A stretch of DNA of 64,000 nt from Alphaproteobacteria bacterium (GTDB lineage: Bacteria; Pseudomonadota; Alphaproteobacteria; UBA9219), in the NCBI GenBank assembly GCA_019233975.1, contig JAFALY010000038.1, forward strand, positions 21,638 through 85,637. The letters are read 5' to 3'. Numbering within the stretch: the first letter of the stretch is position 1; the number at the start of each line of letters is the position of its first letter. Under the pieces are notes generated by a model that worked only from the letters and a program-made list of their open reading frames with translations, was not told the origin of the DNA and ran no database searches. The translations under genes were made by a program, and so were the position numbers. Positions 13,498 to 23,690 of this stretch are shown piece after piece.

Positions 13498-13818
13498 TTA
13501 CGGATTTTTGGGCAGTTTAAAGCGCAGCCCATCCATTTGCGGGGTCAGCATAATCTGGCAGGCCAGCCTGGAAAGGCGGGTGGGGTGTGAGGCCAGCGCA
13601 AGCGTATCGCTTTCTTCAACCCGTATGGGTGGCAATTGGGCAGACCATAAAGAATCAATGATAACGTGGCAGGTGCTGCAGGCCATGGCCCCATCACACG
13701 CCCCTTCTATCTCAACACCCGCATTGCGGGCGGCAAGCATCAGGGATTGCCCTGTTTCCACGTCCAGCACGCTTTCCCGCCCCTCCCGGTCCGTGACATG
13801 TAAACGGATGGTAGTCAT
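13498..13818 (-). CDS. 2Fe-2S ferredoxin (adrenodoxin/putidaredoxin type)
   Basis: 106 aa with the cysteine ligand pattern CDG.MACSTCHV..(34)..C. Its start overlaps the livM stop (ATGA). Confidence 0.8.
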   Translation of the reverse strand: MTTIRLHVTDREGRESVLDVETGQSLMLAARNAGVEIEGACDGAMACSTCHVIIDSLWSAQLPPIRVEESDTLALASHPTRLSRLACQIMLTPQMDGLRFKLPKNP

Positions 13819-15224
13819 GGCGTTTCCTGAGCCCCGGCCCCCAGTTTGGCAATTGGTTGGCGCGTCGAAGCTAAACCGCCCGGACGCCAGACCATGATGA
13901 TCACCATGCCTGCGCCGAAGGCCAGCATGCGGTATTGATCCAACCCGCGGAAAAGTTCCGGCATGCCGACGATGAATAAAGCCGCCAGTGCAATGCCAAC
14001 CGGGTGACCAATGCCGCCCAGAATGACAATCGCCAGAATGGTCGCAGACTCATTGAAGGTGAAGCTTTCGGGGCTAACGAAGCCCTGACGCGTGGCAAAA
14101 AATGCACCTGCAATCGCCGCGATCATGGCGCTGAGCATATAGGCAGCAAGCTTGATACGCGGCCGGTCGATACCCAGTGAGGCACACGCAATTTCATCTT
14201 CGCGAAACGCTTCCCAGGCACAACCGATTGGCAAGTGGCGCAACCGCACGACAACATAACCAACAATAACCGCGATCAGAAGGATGACGTAATAAAGAAA
14301 CATGACGCGTTGCACGGGGCTGAACTCCACCCCCAGCCATTCGTGAAAGGGCCGCATGCCTTCAGTTGCCTGACGTGCAAATTCAAGGTTGAACAAGGCC
14401 GGACGCGGTATGCCAGAAATACCGTTCGGCCCATGGGTCAGTGATGTCCAGTTAATAAGGACCAGGCGCGTAATTTCGCCAAACCCCAATGTCACCACGG
14501 CAAAATAATCGCCACGCAAACGCAGAACCGGAATGCCAAGCAGCAATGCCGTAACAACGGCGATGACGGCGACAAGCGGCAGCGCGCTCCAGAACCCTAA
14601 TCCAGCATATTGTGCCAGAAGGGCGTAGCCATAGGCGCCTATAGCGTAAAAGCCCGCATAGCCGAGGTCGAGCAATCCGGCAAAACCAACCGTGATATTC
14701 AACCCCCAGGCCAGCACGATATAGGTCATGACCATAATACCAACGTCGAGCAGATAGCGGCTGGAAAATGGCAGGAACGGCATGACAATGACAAAGGCAA
14801 ACAGAAACGCGCCGAGCGTGTTGAAGTTTGTCAGGCGCCGTTTAGCCGTCGTTATAAGGGGCGGCAGCAAACCTGCTAGATGAACGGGATGTTTTTCTAA
14901 CCATATCAGTAACGCGCGCAGCGCCAAAGCATAGCCACCGGCAACAGCCGCGCAGCGCAAAAACGCCGTTGGCCATGTTATGAATAAGGCACCGGTTCCG
15001 GCCATCAGTCCCGCCGCAAAAACTACCGGTAAGGCACCAGCAGCCAAAGCCGCAAGGCCTGCCCGACCAAGCAGAATAAGCGCAGCAGCAATAGCGGTAT
15101 CCGCCCAGCGCCATTCCAATGCCATGCTGCCCACCACTTCGCCCGTATGTACACCGGCGAGCGGCAGAAGCAGAACAAAAGCCAGCAACGCCACAAGGAA
15201 GGATTCTTTCAACCCGCGCAGCAT
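13815..15224 (-). CDS. livM: branched-chain amino acid ABC transporter permease LivM-like
   Basis: 469 aa with the LivM signature LRLRGDYFAVVTLGFGEITRL and an N-terminal hydrophobic extension. Its start overlaps the livH stop. Confidence 0.85.
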   Translation of the reverse strand: MLRGLKESFLVALLAFVLLLPLAGVHTGEVVGSMALEWRWADTAIAAALILLGRAGLAALAAGALPVVFAAGLMAGTGALFITWPTAFLRCAAVAGGYALALRALLIWLEKHPVHLAGLLPPLITTAKRRLTNFNTLGAFLFAFVIVMPFLPFSSRYLLDVGIMVMTYIVLAWGLNITVGFAGLLDLGYAGFYAIGAYGYALLAQYAGLGFWSALPLVAVIAVVTALLLGIPVLRLRGDYFAVVTLGFGEITRLVLINWTSLTHGPNGISGIPRPALFNLEFARQATEGMRPFHEWLGVEFSPVQRVMFLYYVILLIAVIVGYVVVRLRHLPIGCAWEAFREDEIACASLGIDRPRIKLAAYMLSAMIAAIAGAFFATRQGFVSPESFTFNESATILAIVILGGIGHPVGIALAALFIVGMPELFRGLDQYRMLAFGAGMVIIMVWRPGGLASTRQPIAKLGAGAQETP

Positions 15225-16162
15225 CAGACTTTCTCCACCGACGGGCGGCCCAGCAGACCATTAGGTCGAACCAACAACACAAGCATAAGCAACACAAAAA
15301 CGGCGACATCCTTATATTGCGCATTCACATAGGTGGCCCACAGGCTTTCCACCACACCGATAATCAGACCGCCCAACATGGCGCCGGGCAGCGAGCCGAT
15401 GCCACCCAGAACCGCAGCGGTAAAGGCCTTCATGCCCGCCAGAAAGCCCATATAGAAATCGACCACACCGTAATACAACGTGACCATAAAACCAGCGATG
15501 GCGGCCAACACGGCGCCCAGAACAAAGGTCAGAGAGATGGCACGGTTCACGCGTATGCCGCACAGGGCAGCCATGGTTTGGTCTTGTTCACACGCTCGTT
15601 GCGCGCGACCAAATGGCGTGGCGTGCACCAAGGCCGTCACCGCAGACATTAAAACCAGCGTCAGGACAAAGATGGTGATTTGCAGATAGGAAACAGAAAC
15701 CACAAAACCATCCGCGCGGTGTGACAGTTCGATTGTTCCCTGCAAGACAGGTGCAAGCGTCTTCACACGCGCACCCTGCAACAACTGCACATAGTTTTGC
15801 AGAAAGACGGACATGCCAATCGCCGATATCAACGGCGCCATGCGCCCCGCCTTGCGCAGCGGCTTATAGGCAATACGCTCAATCGACCATCCATAAAGGC
15901 CCGTAATCACTGCCGTAGTCAGCAGCACAATCGCCAACACAAACGGCAAGGACGTCACACCGATGGCGGTCAGGACCACATAGCTGATGACTGTGATAAA
16001 GGCGCCGATCATGTAAATCTCGCCATGCGCGAAATTGATCATGCCGATGATGCCGTAGACCATGGTGTACCCGATGGCGATCAGCCCATAAACGGCCCCC
16101 AGGGTCAAACCATTGATCAGTTGCTGCAGAAAATAATCCACGCCCGCCACTATGTTATGCAA
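15224..16162 (-). CDS. livH: branched-chain amino acid ABC transporter permease LivH-like
   Basis: 312 aa, LINGLTLGAVYGLIAIGYTMVYGIIGMINFAHGE. Confidence 0.9.
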   Translation of the reverse strand: MHNIVAGVDYFLQQLINGLTLGAVYGLIAIGYTMVYGIIGMINFAHGEIYMIGAFITVISYVVLTAIGVTSLPFVLAIVLLTTAVITGLYGWSIERIAYKPLRKAGRMAPLISAIGMSVFLQNYVQLLQGARVKTLAPVLQGTIELSHRADGFVVSVSYLQITIFVLTLVLMSAVTALVHATPFGRAQRACEQDQTMAALCGIRVNRAISLTFVLGAVLAAIAGFMVTLYYGVVDFYMGFLAGMKAFTAAVLGGIGSLPGAMLGGLIIGVVESLWATYVNAQYKDVAVFVLLMLVLLVRPNGLLGRPSVEKV

Positions 16163-16188
16163 TGAATCGGATAGTTCACTCTACCCGA

Positions 16189-16692
16189 TCAAGGATTCTT
16201 GGCAAGGGTTGCGCCCTTGGCCCCGCATAAGGGTAGACGTGACATGCCCGCGTCGTTCATTGTTTTGACCTGGGCGCCCAGCTCTGCCGCCGTGGCTTTA
16301 TACAAACGCGCAACTTCCTGCCGGTACTGTCCGCAAAATCCCGGTGCCGATAAATTGGCGATTTTCTGGCCATATTCGTTAGCCAATTGCGTGTGCAACT
16401 TATCCAGACGCGCCGTACCGTTGCCACTGAAATGACTGTTATAAAAAGCAGTCATGGTTCCTTCGGCATCATGCAGGGCGTCGACATGCGCGTTGGTAAA
16501 GGCCGTATAACCGGCAATAAGGTCCTGCCCGTCTTCATCTTGTTTGCAGGTAATGGCCACGACCATCAGTTCGGTATGCAGGCGCAATAGTTGCTCAGCA
16601 TCCTGTTCAGCGGGCGTGTAGCATTGTTTTTGCCCCGCCCAAGCGGGCACTGGCAACAGCAGAAAAATAAGAAGAAACAAGCGCAGCATCAT
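16189..16692 (-). CDS. hypothetical secreted protein (signal peptide, no recognisable family)
   Basis: 167 aa with N-terminal MMLRLFLLIFLLLPVPAWA. Its start overlaps the stop of the upstream DMT transporter (ATGA). Confidence 0.5.
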   Translation of the reverse strand: MMLRLFLLIFLLLPVPAWAGQKQCYTPAEQDAEQLLRLHTELMVVAITCKQDEDGQDLIAGYTAFTNAHVDALHDAEGTMTAFYNSHFSGNGTARLDKLHTQLANEYGQKIANLSAPGFCGQYRQEVARLYKATAAELGAQVKTMNDAGMSRLPLCGAKGATLAKNP

Positions 16693-17570
16693 GTAGCCCT
16701 CTGTCCCGCTGCCTGTACAGGTTTTGGTTTGCGCACCACAAAAGTGGTTCCGGTAATAATCAGGGCAATGCTGATAATCACATGAAGCCCGATCTGTTCA
16801 TGCAGAAAAAGTGCGCCCCACAGTGTTGCAAAAACCGGGATCAGGAATGTGACTGTCAACGTAGACGCAGGGCCCAAGGCTTTCACCAGATTGAAGTAAA
16901 TCAGGAAGGCAAAACCACTGCACAATAGCCCCAAGCCTGCCAGCGCGCCCCATGCCGTCGGGTCAGGAACTTCACGCACGGGCACGAAAAACAAAGCTGG
17001 CACCAAAACAATGGCACCGGCCAGCAGGCTGCCGCCGGAATTCAGGACGGGGTCCACCGCGGTCATGCCGCGCGCATAATTGGTCGCAATGCCATAGCAC
17101 AAGGCCGCCGTCAGGCCGCAGGCCGCCGCCCATAGCGAGTCAGACTGTAAAAACAGATCATCGCCAAAAAATAAAGTCACAACGCCGGCCACGCCAAGCA
17201 CAAGCCCCGCAAGCCTGCGATAAGTGAATTTCTCCACCCCCAACACCGCGCCGATCAGGAATCCCCATATGGGCGCCGTAGAGTTCAAAATGGCGGATTG
17301 GGCGGCAGAAAGTTTAAGGGCGCAGATAGCAAACAAAACAAAGGGCAGCACGCAATTAAGAAGGCCAAAAATAAAAAACTGCTTCCAGTGCCTGCCCATG
17401 CCCTTGATATCCCGCTTCAGCCACAAGCCAACACCAAGCATGCATAGGGATCCCAACAACAACCGCCCCTCAACTAGATAGACAGGACCAAATACATGTG
17501 TCGCCATGCGCATAAACAGGAACGACCCGCCCCAAATAGCCGCCAGCAGCAACAATTGAGCAATATTCAT
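16689..17570 (-). CDS. DMT superfamily transporter (EamA-like, 10 TM)
   Basis: 293 aa with two EamA-like repeats and a hydrophobic profile. Confidence 0.8.
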   Translation of the reverse strand: MNIAQLLLLAAIWGGSFLFMRMATHVFGPVYLVEGRLLLGSLCMLGVGLWLKRDIKGMGRHWKQFFIFGLLNCVLPFVLFAICALKLSAAQSAILNSTAPIWGFLIGAVLGVEKFTYRRLAGLVLGVAGVVTLFFGDDLFLQSDSLWAAACGLTAALCYGIATNYARGMTAVDPVLNSGGSLLAGAIVLVPALFFVPVREVPDPTAWGALAGLGLLCSGFAFLIYFNLVKALGPASTLTVTFLIPVFATLWGALFLHEQIGLHVIISIALIITGTTFVVRKPKPVQAAGQRAT

Positions 17571-17597
17571 ATGACCTCCATCAATACGGACACGACC

Positions 17598-19142
17598 TTA
17601 TTCCCACTCAATCGTGCCGGGCGGTTTACTGGTGACGTCATAGGTCACACGATTGATGCCGGGGACTTCGTTGATGATACGCGTCGCGACTTGCGCCAAA
17701 AACGCATGTTCGAACGGATAGGATTCAGCCGTCATGCCGTCAACCGAAGTCACGGCGCGCAGCGCCAGCACATGGTCGTAAGAACGGCCATCCCCCATAA
17801 CGCCGACCGAGCGCACAGGCAACAATACCGCGAAAGCCTGCCATATCTCGTCGTAAAGACCCGCCTTGCGGATTTCATCGAGATAGACCACATCCGCCTT
17901 ACGCAGGATGGCAAGCTTCTCTTCGGTAATATCGCCAAGAACGCGTATGGCAAGCCCCGGTCCCGGGAAAGGGTGGCGGCCAACAAAGCTTTCCGGCAGC
18001 CCCAATTCACGGCCCAGCGCGCGCACTTCATCCTTGAACAATTCGCGCAACGGCTCAACCAGTTTAAGGTTCATGCGCTCAGGCAAACCGCCGACATTGT
18101 GGTGGGATTTTATCGTGACACTCGGCCCGCCGGTAAAGGAAACGCTCTCGATTACGTCCGGATACAGCGTGCCCTGCGCCAGAAATTGCACATCCCTGAT
18201 TTTATGCGCTTCGGCATCGAACACTTCGATAAATAACCTGCCGATTGTCTTGCGTTTCACTTCCGGGTCGGTCACGCCATCCAGCGCTGACAGAAATGTT
18301 TCACCCGCATCAACGGCGACCAGCGGGATATTGTAATGCGAACGGAACAGGTCGACCACCTGTTGCGCCTCGCCCTGACGCATCAGGCCCGTATCCACAA
18401 AGATACAAGTCAGTTGCTCGCCGATCGCTTCGTGGATCAGAACGGCTGCGACGGCGCTGTCTACTCCGCCGGACAGGCCGCAGATAACCTTGCCTTTGCC
18501 GACCTGAGCGCGGATTTTGGCAATCTCATTTTCACGGAAAGCGGCCATGCTCCAGTCGCTGCCGCATCCGCAGATTTTGTGCACAAAGTGCGAGAATAAT
18601 TTGGCCCCGTCCAGCGTATGCACAACCTCGGGGTGGAACATGGTGCCGTAGAAATGGCGCTTTTCATCGACGATACAGGCAAAGGGCGCGCCTTCACTGG
18701 TCGCCGTCACGCGGAACCCCTGCGGCAATTGCGTGACGCGGTCTCCATGGCTCATCCACACTTGTTGCTTGGAGCCGGCGGGCCAGATGTCGCTGTAAAA
18801 ATCGCACGGCTCGCGCACATCAATCATCGCCTTGCCGAATTCACGCGCGTGACCGCCTTCGACCTTGCCGCCCAACTGCATGCACATGGTCTGCTGACCG
18901 TAACAGATACCCAAAACCGGCACGCCCAGTTCGAACACAATCTGCGGCGCGCGGGGACTACCCTCATCCAGGGTCGAGCACGGGCCGCCGGACAGAATGA
19001 TGCCCTTAGGGTTAAAATCTTTGATTTGTTCATTCGTGCGGTTAAAGGGCTGTATTTCACAGTAAACGCCGGCTTCGCGTACACGGCGGGCGATCAATTG
19101 CGTAACTTGAGAACCGAAATCCAGAATAAGAATTTTGTCCAT
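17598..19142 (-). CDS. guaA: GMP synthase (glutamine-hydrolysing)
   Basis: 514 aa, [23 protein letters not shown].., ending ..TIEWE. Confidence 0.95.
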   Translation of the reverse strand: MDKILILDFGSQVTQLIARRVREAGVYCEIQPFNRTNEQIKDFNPKGIILSGGPCSTLDEGSPRAPQIVFELGVPVLGICYGQQTMCMQLGGKVEGGHAREFGKAMIDVREPCDFYSDIWPAGSKQQVWMSHGDRVTQLPQGFRVTATSEGAPFACIVDEKRHFYGTMFHPEVVHTLDGAKLFSHFVHKICGCGSDWSMAAFRENEIAKIRAQVGKGKVICGLSGGVDSAVAAVLIHEAIGEQLTCIFVDTGLMRQGEAQQVVDLFRSHYNIPLVAVDAGETFLSALDGVTDPEVKRKTIGRLFIEVFDAEAHKIRDVQFLAQGTLYPDVIESVSFTGGPSVTIKSHHNVGGLPERMNLKLVEPLRELFKDEVRALGRELGLPESFVGRHPFPGPGLAIRVLGDITEEKLAILRKADVVYLDEIRKAGLYDEIWQAFAVLLPVRSVGVMGDGRSYDHVLALRAVTSVDGMTAESYPFEHAFLAQVATRIINEVPGINRVTYDVTSKPPGTIEWE

Positions 19143-19261
19143 TGTACCCCACCGGTCTGGATAAAGGCGGCCTTGCGCCGCGTGTCAGTAAAAGAGTCGG
19201 GAATTGTATAGCATCGACGGAGTGCCAATGCCACCCGCCAGAAATAACAGGAAACCGGGCT

Positions 19262-20194
19262 TTATTGGCTATTACGGCGTTTCTGCAGCTCCGCGAAATC
19301 AGCGTCGGCATGGTAGGAAGAACGCGTGAGTGGTGAACTCGATACCATCAAAAATCCCTTAGCGCGGGCCAAGGTTGCGTAGCTGTCAAATTCTTCAGGC
19401 GTCACGTAACGGTCGATCGCCGCATGTTTGGGCGTCGGCTGCAGATATTGGCCGATGGTCAAAAAATCAACATCGGCTGCACGCAGGTCATCCATCACCT
19501 GCCCCACTTCTTCACGCGTTTCGCCAAGGCCGACCATGATGCCGGACTTGGTGAAAATGGTGGGGTCGACTTCCTTGACGCGCTTTAGCAGACTGAGTGA
19601 CGTAAAATATCGCGCGCCCGGGCGAATGGTTGGGTACAGGCGCGGCACCGTTTCCAGATTGTGGTTGAACACATCCGGCTTCGCCTTGGCGACAACCTCA
19701 ACAGCGCCATCCTTCTTCATAAAATCGGGCGTCAGAATTTCAATCGTCGCGGTAGATGTGCTGCGCAAGGCGCGAATGGTCTGCGCGAAATGTTCAGCGC
19801 CCCCATCCGGCAGGTCATCACGGTCAACGGACGTGATGACGACATGCTGCAACCCCAACTGGCCCACGGCCTTGGCAACATTGTCGGGTTCGTGCGGGTC
19901 GAGCAAATCCGGCTTGCCGGTCGCAACATTGCAGAACGCACAAGCACGCGTGCAAACAGAACCCAAGATCATAAAGGTCGCGTGTTTGTGTTTCCAACAT
20001 TCGCCGATATTGGGGCAAGCCGCTTCTTCACACACCGTATTCAGAGACAAGGTACGCATCAATTCGCGCGTCTGGTTATATTCGCGGCTGATGGGCGCCT
20101 TGACACGAATCCAGCCCGGTTTTGGCGGCGCGGGATTATCCGCACGATGCGCCTTTTCTGGATGGCGTAGCTTGCTTTGGGTTTCAGTGCTCAT
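19262..20194 (-). CDS. lipA: lipoyl synthase
   Basis: 310 aa with [13 protein letters not shown] and radical-SAM CxxxCxxC motifs. Confidence 0.95.
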   Translation of the reverse strand: MSTETQSKLRHPEKAHRADNPAPPKPGWIRVKAPISREYNQTRELMRTLSLNTVCEEAACPNIGECWKHKHATFMILGSVCTRACAFCNVATGKPDLLDPHEPDNVAKAVGQLGLQHVVITSVDRDDLPDGGAEHFAQTIRALRSTSTATIEILTPDFMKKDGAVEVVAKAKPDVFNHNLETVPRLYPTIRPGARYFTSLSLLKRVKEVDPTIFTKSGIMVGLGETREEVGQVMDDLRAADVDFLTIGQYLQPTPKHAAIDRYVTPEEFDSYATLARAKGFLMVSSSPLTRSSYHADADFAELQKRRNSQ

Positions 20195-20197
20195 GTC

Positions 20198-21595
20198 TTA
20201 AATATGCACCGCATGGCCATAGGCGTCCAGCACTGCTTCATGCATGGTTTCCGAAATGGTGGGATGCGGGAATACGGTGTGCATCAGCTCTTTTTCCGTG
20301 CTTTCCAACGTCCGCGCAATGACATAACCCTGTATCATTTCAGTGACTTCGGCGCCGATCATGTGCGCGCCCAGCAGCTCACCCGTTTTGGCGTCAAACA
20401 CCGTTTTCACCAAACCTTCGGGTTCGCCCAACGCAATCGCCTTGCCATTGCCGATGAAGGGGAAGCGGCCCACACGCACTTCACGGCCTGCCGCCTTGGC
20501 TTTGGCTTCGGTCATGCCGACACTCGCCACCTGCGGCGTGCAATAAGTGCAGCCCGGAATGTTAGCCGTATTCAGCGGATGCACATCCTTCACGCCGACG
20601 ATCTTTTCAACGCAGATGACACCTTCGTGGCTCGCCTTATGCGCCAGCCACGGCGCACCGGCAACGTCACCGATGGCGTATACGCCGGGTTCGTCCGTCG
20701 CGCACCATTCGTTAATTTTGATATGGCCCTTTTCTAGTTTGACCTTGGTGTTTTCAATCCCGAGATTTTCAGTATTAGCAACAATGCCGACGGCCATGAT
20801 AACGCGTTCAAAGGTCGCCTGTGTTGCCTTGCCGCCCTGTTCAATAGTTGCAGTCACAGTCGTGGCGCTGCGGTCCAGTTTCTTGACAACGCCGCCGGTA
20901 ATAATCTTCATGCCCTGCTTTTCAAACGCTTTACGCGCAAAGGCAGAAATTTCTTCGTCTTCCACCGGCAAAATGCGGTCCATCACTTCGACAACCGTCA
21001 CATCAACGCCAAGGTTGCGGTAGAAGCTCGCGAACTCAATACCAATGGCGCCAGAACCGACAACCAGAAGCGACTTCGGCAAGGTATCCGGCACCATAGC
21101 TTCCTTATAGGTCCAGACGAGCTTGCCGTCCGGTTCCAGTCCCGGCAAAGCGCGCGCACGCGCACCCGTCGCGATGATGATATTCTTGGCCGACAATGTT
21201 GTTTTTTTGCCGTCCTTGGCCGTGACTTCAACCTGACCTTTGCCCAGCAGCTTGGCCTGGCCATCCACCACTTCGACCTTGTTCTTTTTCAAAAGATGTT
21301 TCACGCCGCCCGACAATTGCGCCGCCACTTTGCGTGAGCGTTCGGTAATTTTCTTCAGATCGAACGAAACACCCTGCACCGACAACCCAAAGGCTTCGGC
21401 GTGCTTGATATGGCTCAATATTTCAGCCGAGCGCAGCAACGCCTTGGTCGGGATACAACCCCAGTTCAAACAAATACCGCCCAGATGTTCGCGCTCAACC
21501 AGTGTAACCTTTAACCCCAGCTGCGCCGCGCGAATAGCCGCCACATAACCGCCCGGGCCACCACCGATAACGATAAGATCAGATGCTGTTGTCAT
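20198..21595 (-). CDS. lpd: dihydrolipoyl dehydrogenase (E3)
   Basis: 465 aa with GGGPGGYVAAIRAAQLG and the redox-active CLNWGCIPTK. Confidence 0.95.
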   Translation of the reverse strand: MTTASDLIVIGGGPGGYVAAIRAAQLGLKVTLVEREHLGGICLNWGCIPTKALLRSAEILSHIKHAEAFGLSVQGVSFDLKKITERSRKVAAQLSGGVKHLLKKNKVEVVDGQAKLLGKGQVEVTAKDGKKTTLSAKNIIIATGARARALPGLEPDGKLVWTYKEAMVPDTLPKSLLVVGSGAIGIEFASFYRNLGVDVTVVEVMDRILPVEDEEISAFARKAFEKQGMKIITGGVVKKLDRSATTVTATIEQGGKATQATFERVIMAVGIVANTENLGIENTKVKLEKGHIKINEWCATDEPGVYAIGDVAGAPWLAHKASHEGVICVEKIVGVKDVHPLNTANIPGCTYCTPQVASVGMTEAKAKAAGREVRVGRFPFIGNGKAIALGEPEGLVKTVFDAKTGELLGAHMIGAEVTEMIQGYVIARTLESTEKELMHTVFPHPTISETMHEAVLDAYGHAVHI

Positions 21596-22119
21596 TGTTT
21601 CTGCCTCATTTCTTCAAGATTGATAGCATAAATGCATTCGTTGTCTTCGTTGCCGTCCGGCCAAATCATCGGTTCGTTATGCGTGAATTGAAAACCAGCC
21701 GCAAGTATGGCCTTACGTGACCCCTCGTTCCCGGCACGGTGCGTTACAATAACGCGTTTCCATGCCCGATGACCGAGAGCCCAATGAATGCAAGCCTGAT
21801 ACATCGGAACCGACAGGCCGCGTCCCCTATAGTCAGGTTTAATGTAATGCGCGACAACCGCACCGGGGTATTCGCCAGAGGGATCATCTTTCCAGGTAAT
21901 TATGCCAATCAGTCCGACAATTACGCCGTTATCCATTAACCCAAAGAAACAGCGGTCTTCGCCGAAAAGCACACTACGCCATTCATCCGGCCCACGTTTC
22001 ACTTCGTTTTCGTACTTGGATAGAAAGACCGAAGGATGGTCGCGCAACGCCTCCAGCCTGATCTGTGAGGCCTGAACAAGATCGCCGTCACTGAGGGCGC
22101 GTACAATACAAGCCATCAT
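21592..22119 (-). CDS. GNAT family N-acetyltransferase
   Basis: About 175 aa from the MM at 22119. A GNAT motif region (..HYIKPDYRGRGL..) is present. Its start overlaps the stop of the upstream small ORF (ATGA) and its stop overlaps the lpd start. The ORF-track extension to 22320 is probably spurious. Confidence 0.65.
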   Translation of the reverse strand: MMACIVRALSDGDLVQASQIRLEALRDHPSVFLSKYENEVKRGPDEWRSVLFGEDRCFFGLMDNGVIVGLIGIITWKDDPSGEYPGAVVAHYIKPDYRGRGLSVPMYQACIHWALGHRAWKRVIVTHRAGNEGSRKAILAAGFQFTHNEPMIWPDGNEDNECIYAINLEEMRQKQ

Positions 22120-22388
22120 GATTGCCCTCGACCCTTCCAGCAGTTTTGTAGCCAGACAGATTTCAACACCGGCAGGGACAGCGTCGACAACACATAGCCG
22201 ACAACCGGTACTAAGGCGTTGAGCCATGCACCGTTGCCGCCAAGCGCCGATAACAACACGACAGCGCAGATATAGGTGGTCAAGGCGATACTGCCCCGAC
22301 GCACCCAGCTTGTTTCCCAAGCCTTATCCCCTTCGACCCGCGCGTTGCGCAGCTCGATAGCGGATAATCTGTTGTCGATGTCAGACAT
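22116..22388 (-). CDS. small membrane protein (1-2 TM), hypothetical
   Basis: 90 aa with a hydrophobic core ALTTYICAVVLLSALGG..LVPVVGYVLSTL. It starts exactly at the pdhC stop and is translationally coupled on both sides. Confidence 0.5.
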   Translation of the reverse strand: MSDIDNRLSAIELRNARVEGDKAWETSWVRRGSIALTTYICAVVLLSALGGNGAWLNALVPVVGYVLSTLSLPVLKSVWLQNCWKGRGQS

Positions 22389-23680
22389 TAGACGACCAGG
22401 CTGTACGGCTTTTCAATCAGAGGCTTGAAAGCTTGCAGGAATTCCGCACCGACAGCGCCGTCAACCGAGCGATGGTCAACCGACAGGGTCACCGTCATTA
22501 CCGTCGCGACGGCCAACTGACCGTTTTTGACAACGGCGCGCTGTTCGCCTGCACCGACCGCCAGTATGCATGACTGCGGCGGGTTGATGATGGCCGCGAA
22601 TTCGCGCACACCGTACATGCCGAGGTTGGAGATGGAGAAACCGCCGCCCTGGAATTCTTCCGGCTTCAGCTTGCCATCACGCGCACGCGCGGCCAGATCC
22701 TTCATTTCGGACGAGATTTGCGCCAGCGACTTGGTGTCCGCCTTTTTCACAATCGGCGTAATCAATCCGTTGGGTGTCGCGACCGCGACGGAGACATCCG
22801 CATCCTTGTATTGCAAAATGGCTTCGTCCGTCCATGACGCATTGGCCGCCGGTATTTTCTTCAATGCAACGCCAACGGCGCGAACGATAAAGTCGTTGAC
22901 CGAGATTTTGGTGGCCGAGACTTCGTTCAACTGCTTACGCAGCGTCAGCAATTCATCCAGTTCACAATCGACCGACAGGTAGAAATGCGGAACCTGTTGT
23001 TTGGATTCCAGCAAACGACGCGCAATGACCTTGCGCACGCTGCTGTTCGACAGAGCATCATAGGCCATACCCAGCTTATCGGCATAGTCGCGCACATCGA
23101 GACCCTGCGATTGCGGAGCGGCTGCGCGTTGCGGCGCGGCACTCCTGGCGGCGGCCGGATTCTTGGCAGCCGTTTCCACGTCCGCCTTTACGATACGGCC
23201 ATTCGGGCCTGTGCCGCGTACCAGTTTTAGATCAACGCCTGATTGTTCAGCAACGCGACGCGCCAGCGGGCTGGCAAACACACGGTTACCTGCATGTACC
23301 GGAGCCGAAGCAGGAGCCTGTGTCAGAGCTTGCGGCGCGACGGCAACAGGTGCCGATGTAGCGGCAGTAGGCGCGGCAGCCGGAGCATTCGCAGCTCCCT
23401 TGGTCAGCGCGCTGATAGCATCGGCGGAAACCTCTTCGCCTTCTTCGGCCAAAATGGCGATGGGCGTATTCACTTTGACACCCTGCGCCCCGCCGGGGAT
23501 CAGGATTTTGACAATCTTGCCTTCATCGACCGCTTCGACTTCCATCGTCGCCTTGTCGGTTTCAATCTCGGCCAGAACCTGACCGGATTTCACAACGTCG
23601 CCTTCCTTTTTCAACCAACGCGCCAGGTTGCCCTCGGTCATGGTTGGCGAAAGGGCCGGCATCAAAATTTCAATCGGCAT
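22388..23680 (-). CDS. pdhC: pyruvate dehydrogenase E2 (dihydrolipoamide acetyltransferase)
   Basis: 430 aa with an N-terminal lipoyl domain ([27 protein letters not shown]), an Ala/Pro linker and a catalytic domain (DHRSVDG). Confidence 0.9.
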   Translation of the reverse strand: MPIEILMPALSPTMTEGNLARWLKKEGDVVKSGQVLAEIETDKATMEVEAVDEGKIVKILIPGGAQGVKVNTPIAILAEEGEEVSADAISALTKGAANAPAAAPTAATSAPVAVAPQALTQAPASAPVHAGNRVFASPLARRVAEQSGVDLKLVRGTGPNGRIVKADVETAAKNPAAARSAAPQRAAAPQSQGLDVRDYADKLGMAYDALSNSSVRKVIARRLLESKQQVPHFYLSVDCELDELLTLRKQLNEVSATKISVNDFIVRAVGVALKKIPAANASWTDEAILQYKDADVSVAVATPNGLITPIVKKADTKSLAQISSEMKDLAARARDGKLKPEEFQGGGFSISNLGMYGVREFAAIINPPQSCILAVGAGEQRAVVKNGQLAVATVMTVTLSVDHRSVDGAVGAEFLQAFKPLIEKPYSLVV

Positions 23681-23690
23681 GACTTTATCC

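Noticed and set aside
19428-20201. 257-aa plus-strand ORF and nested 169-aa ORF
   Set aside because: Antisense to lipA.
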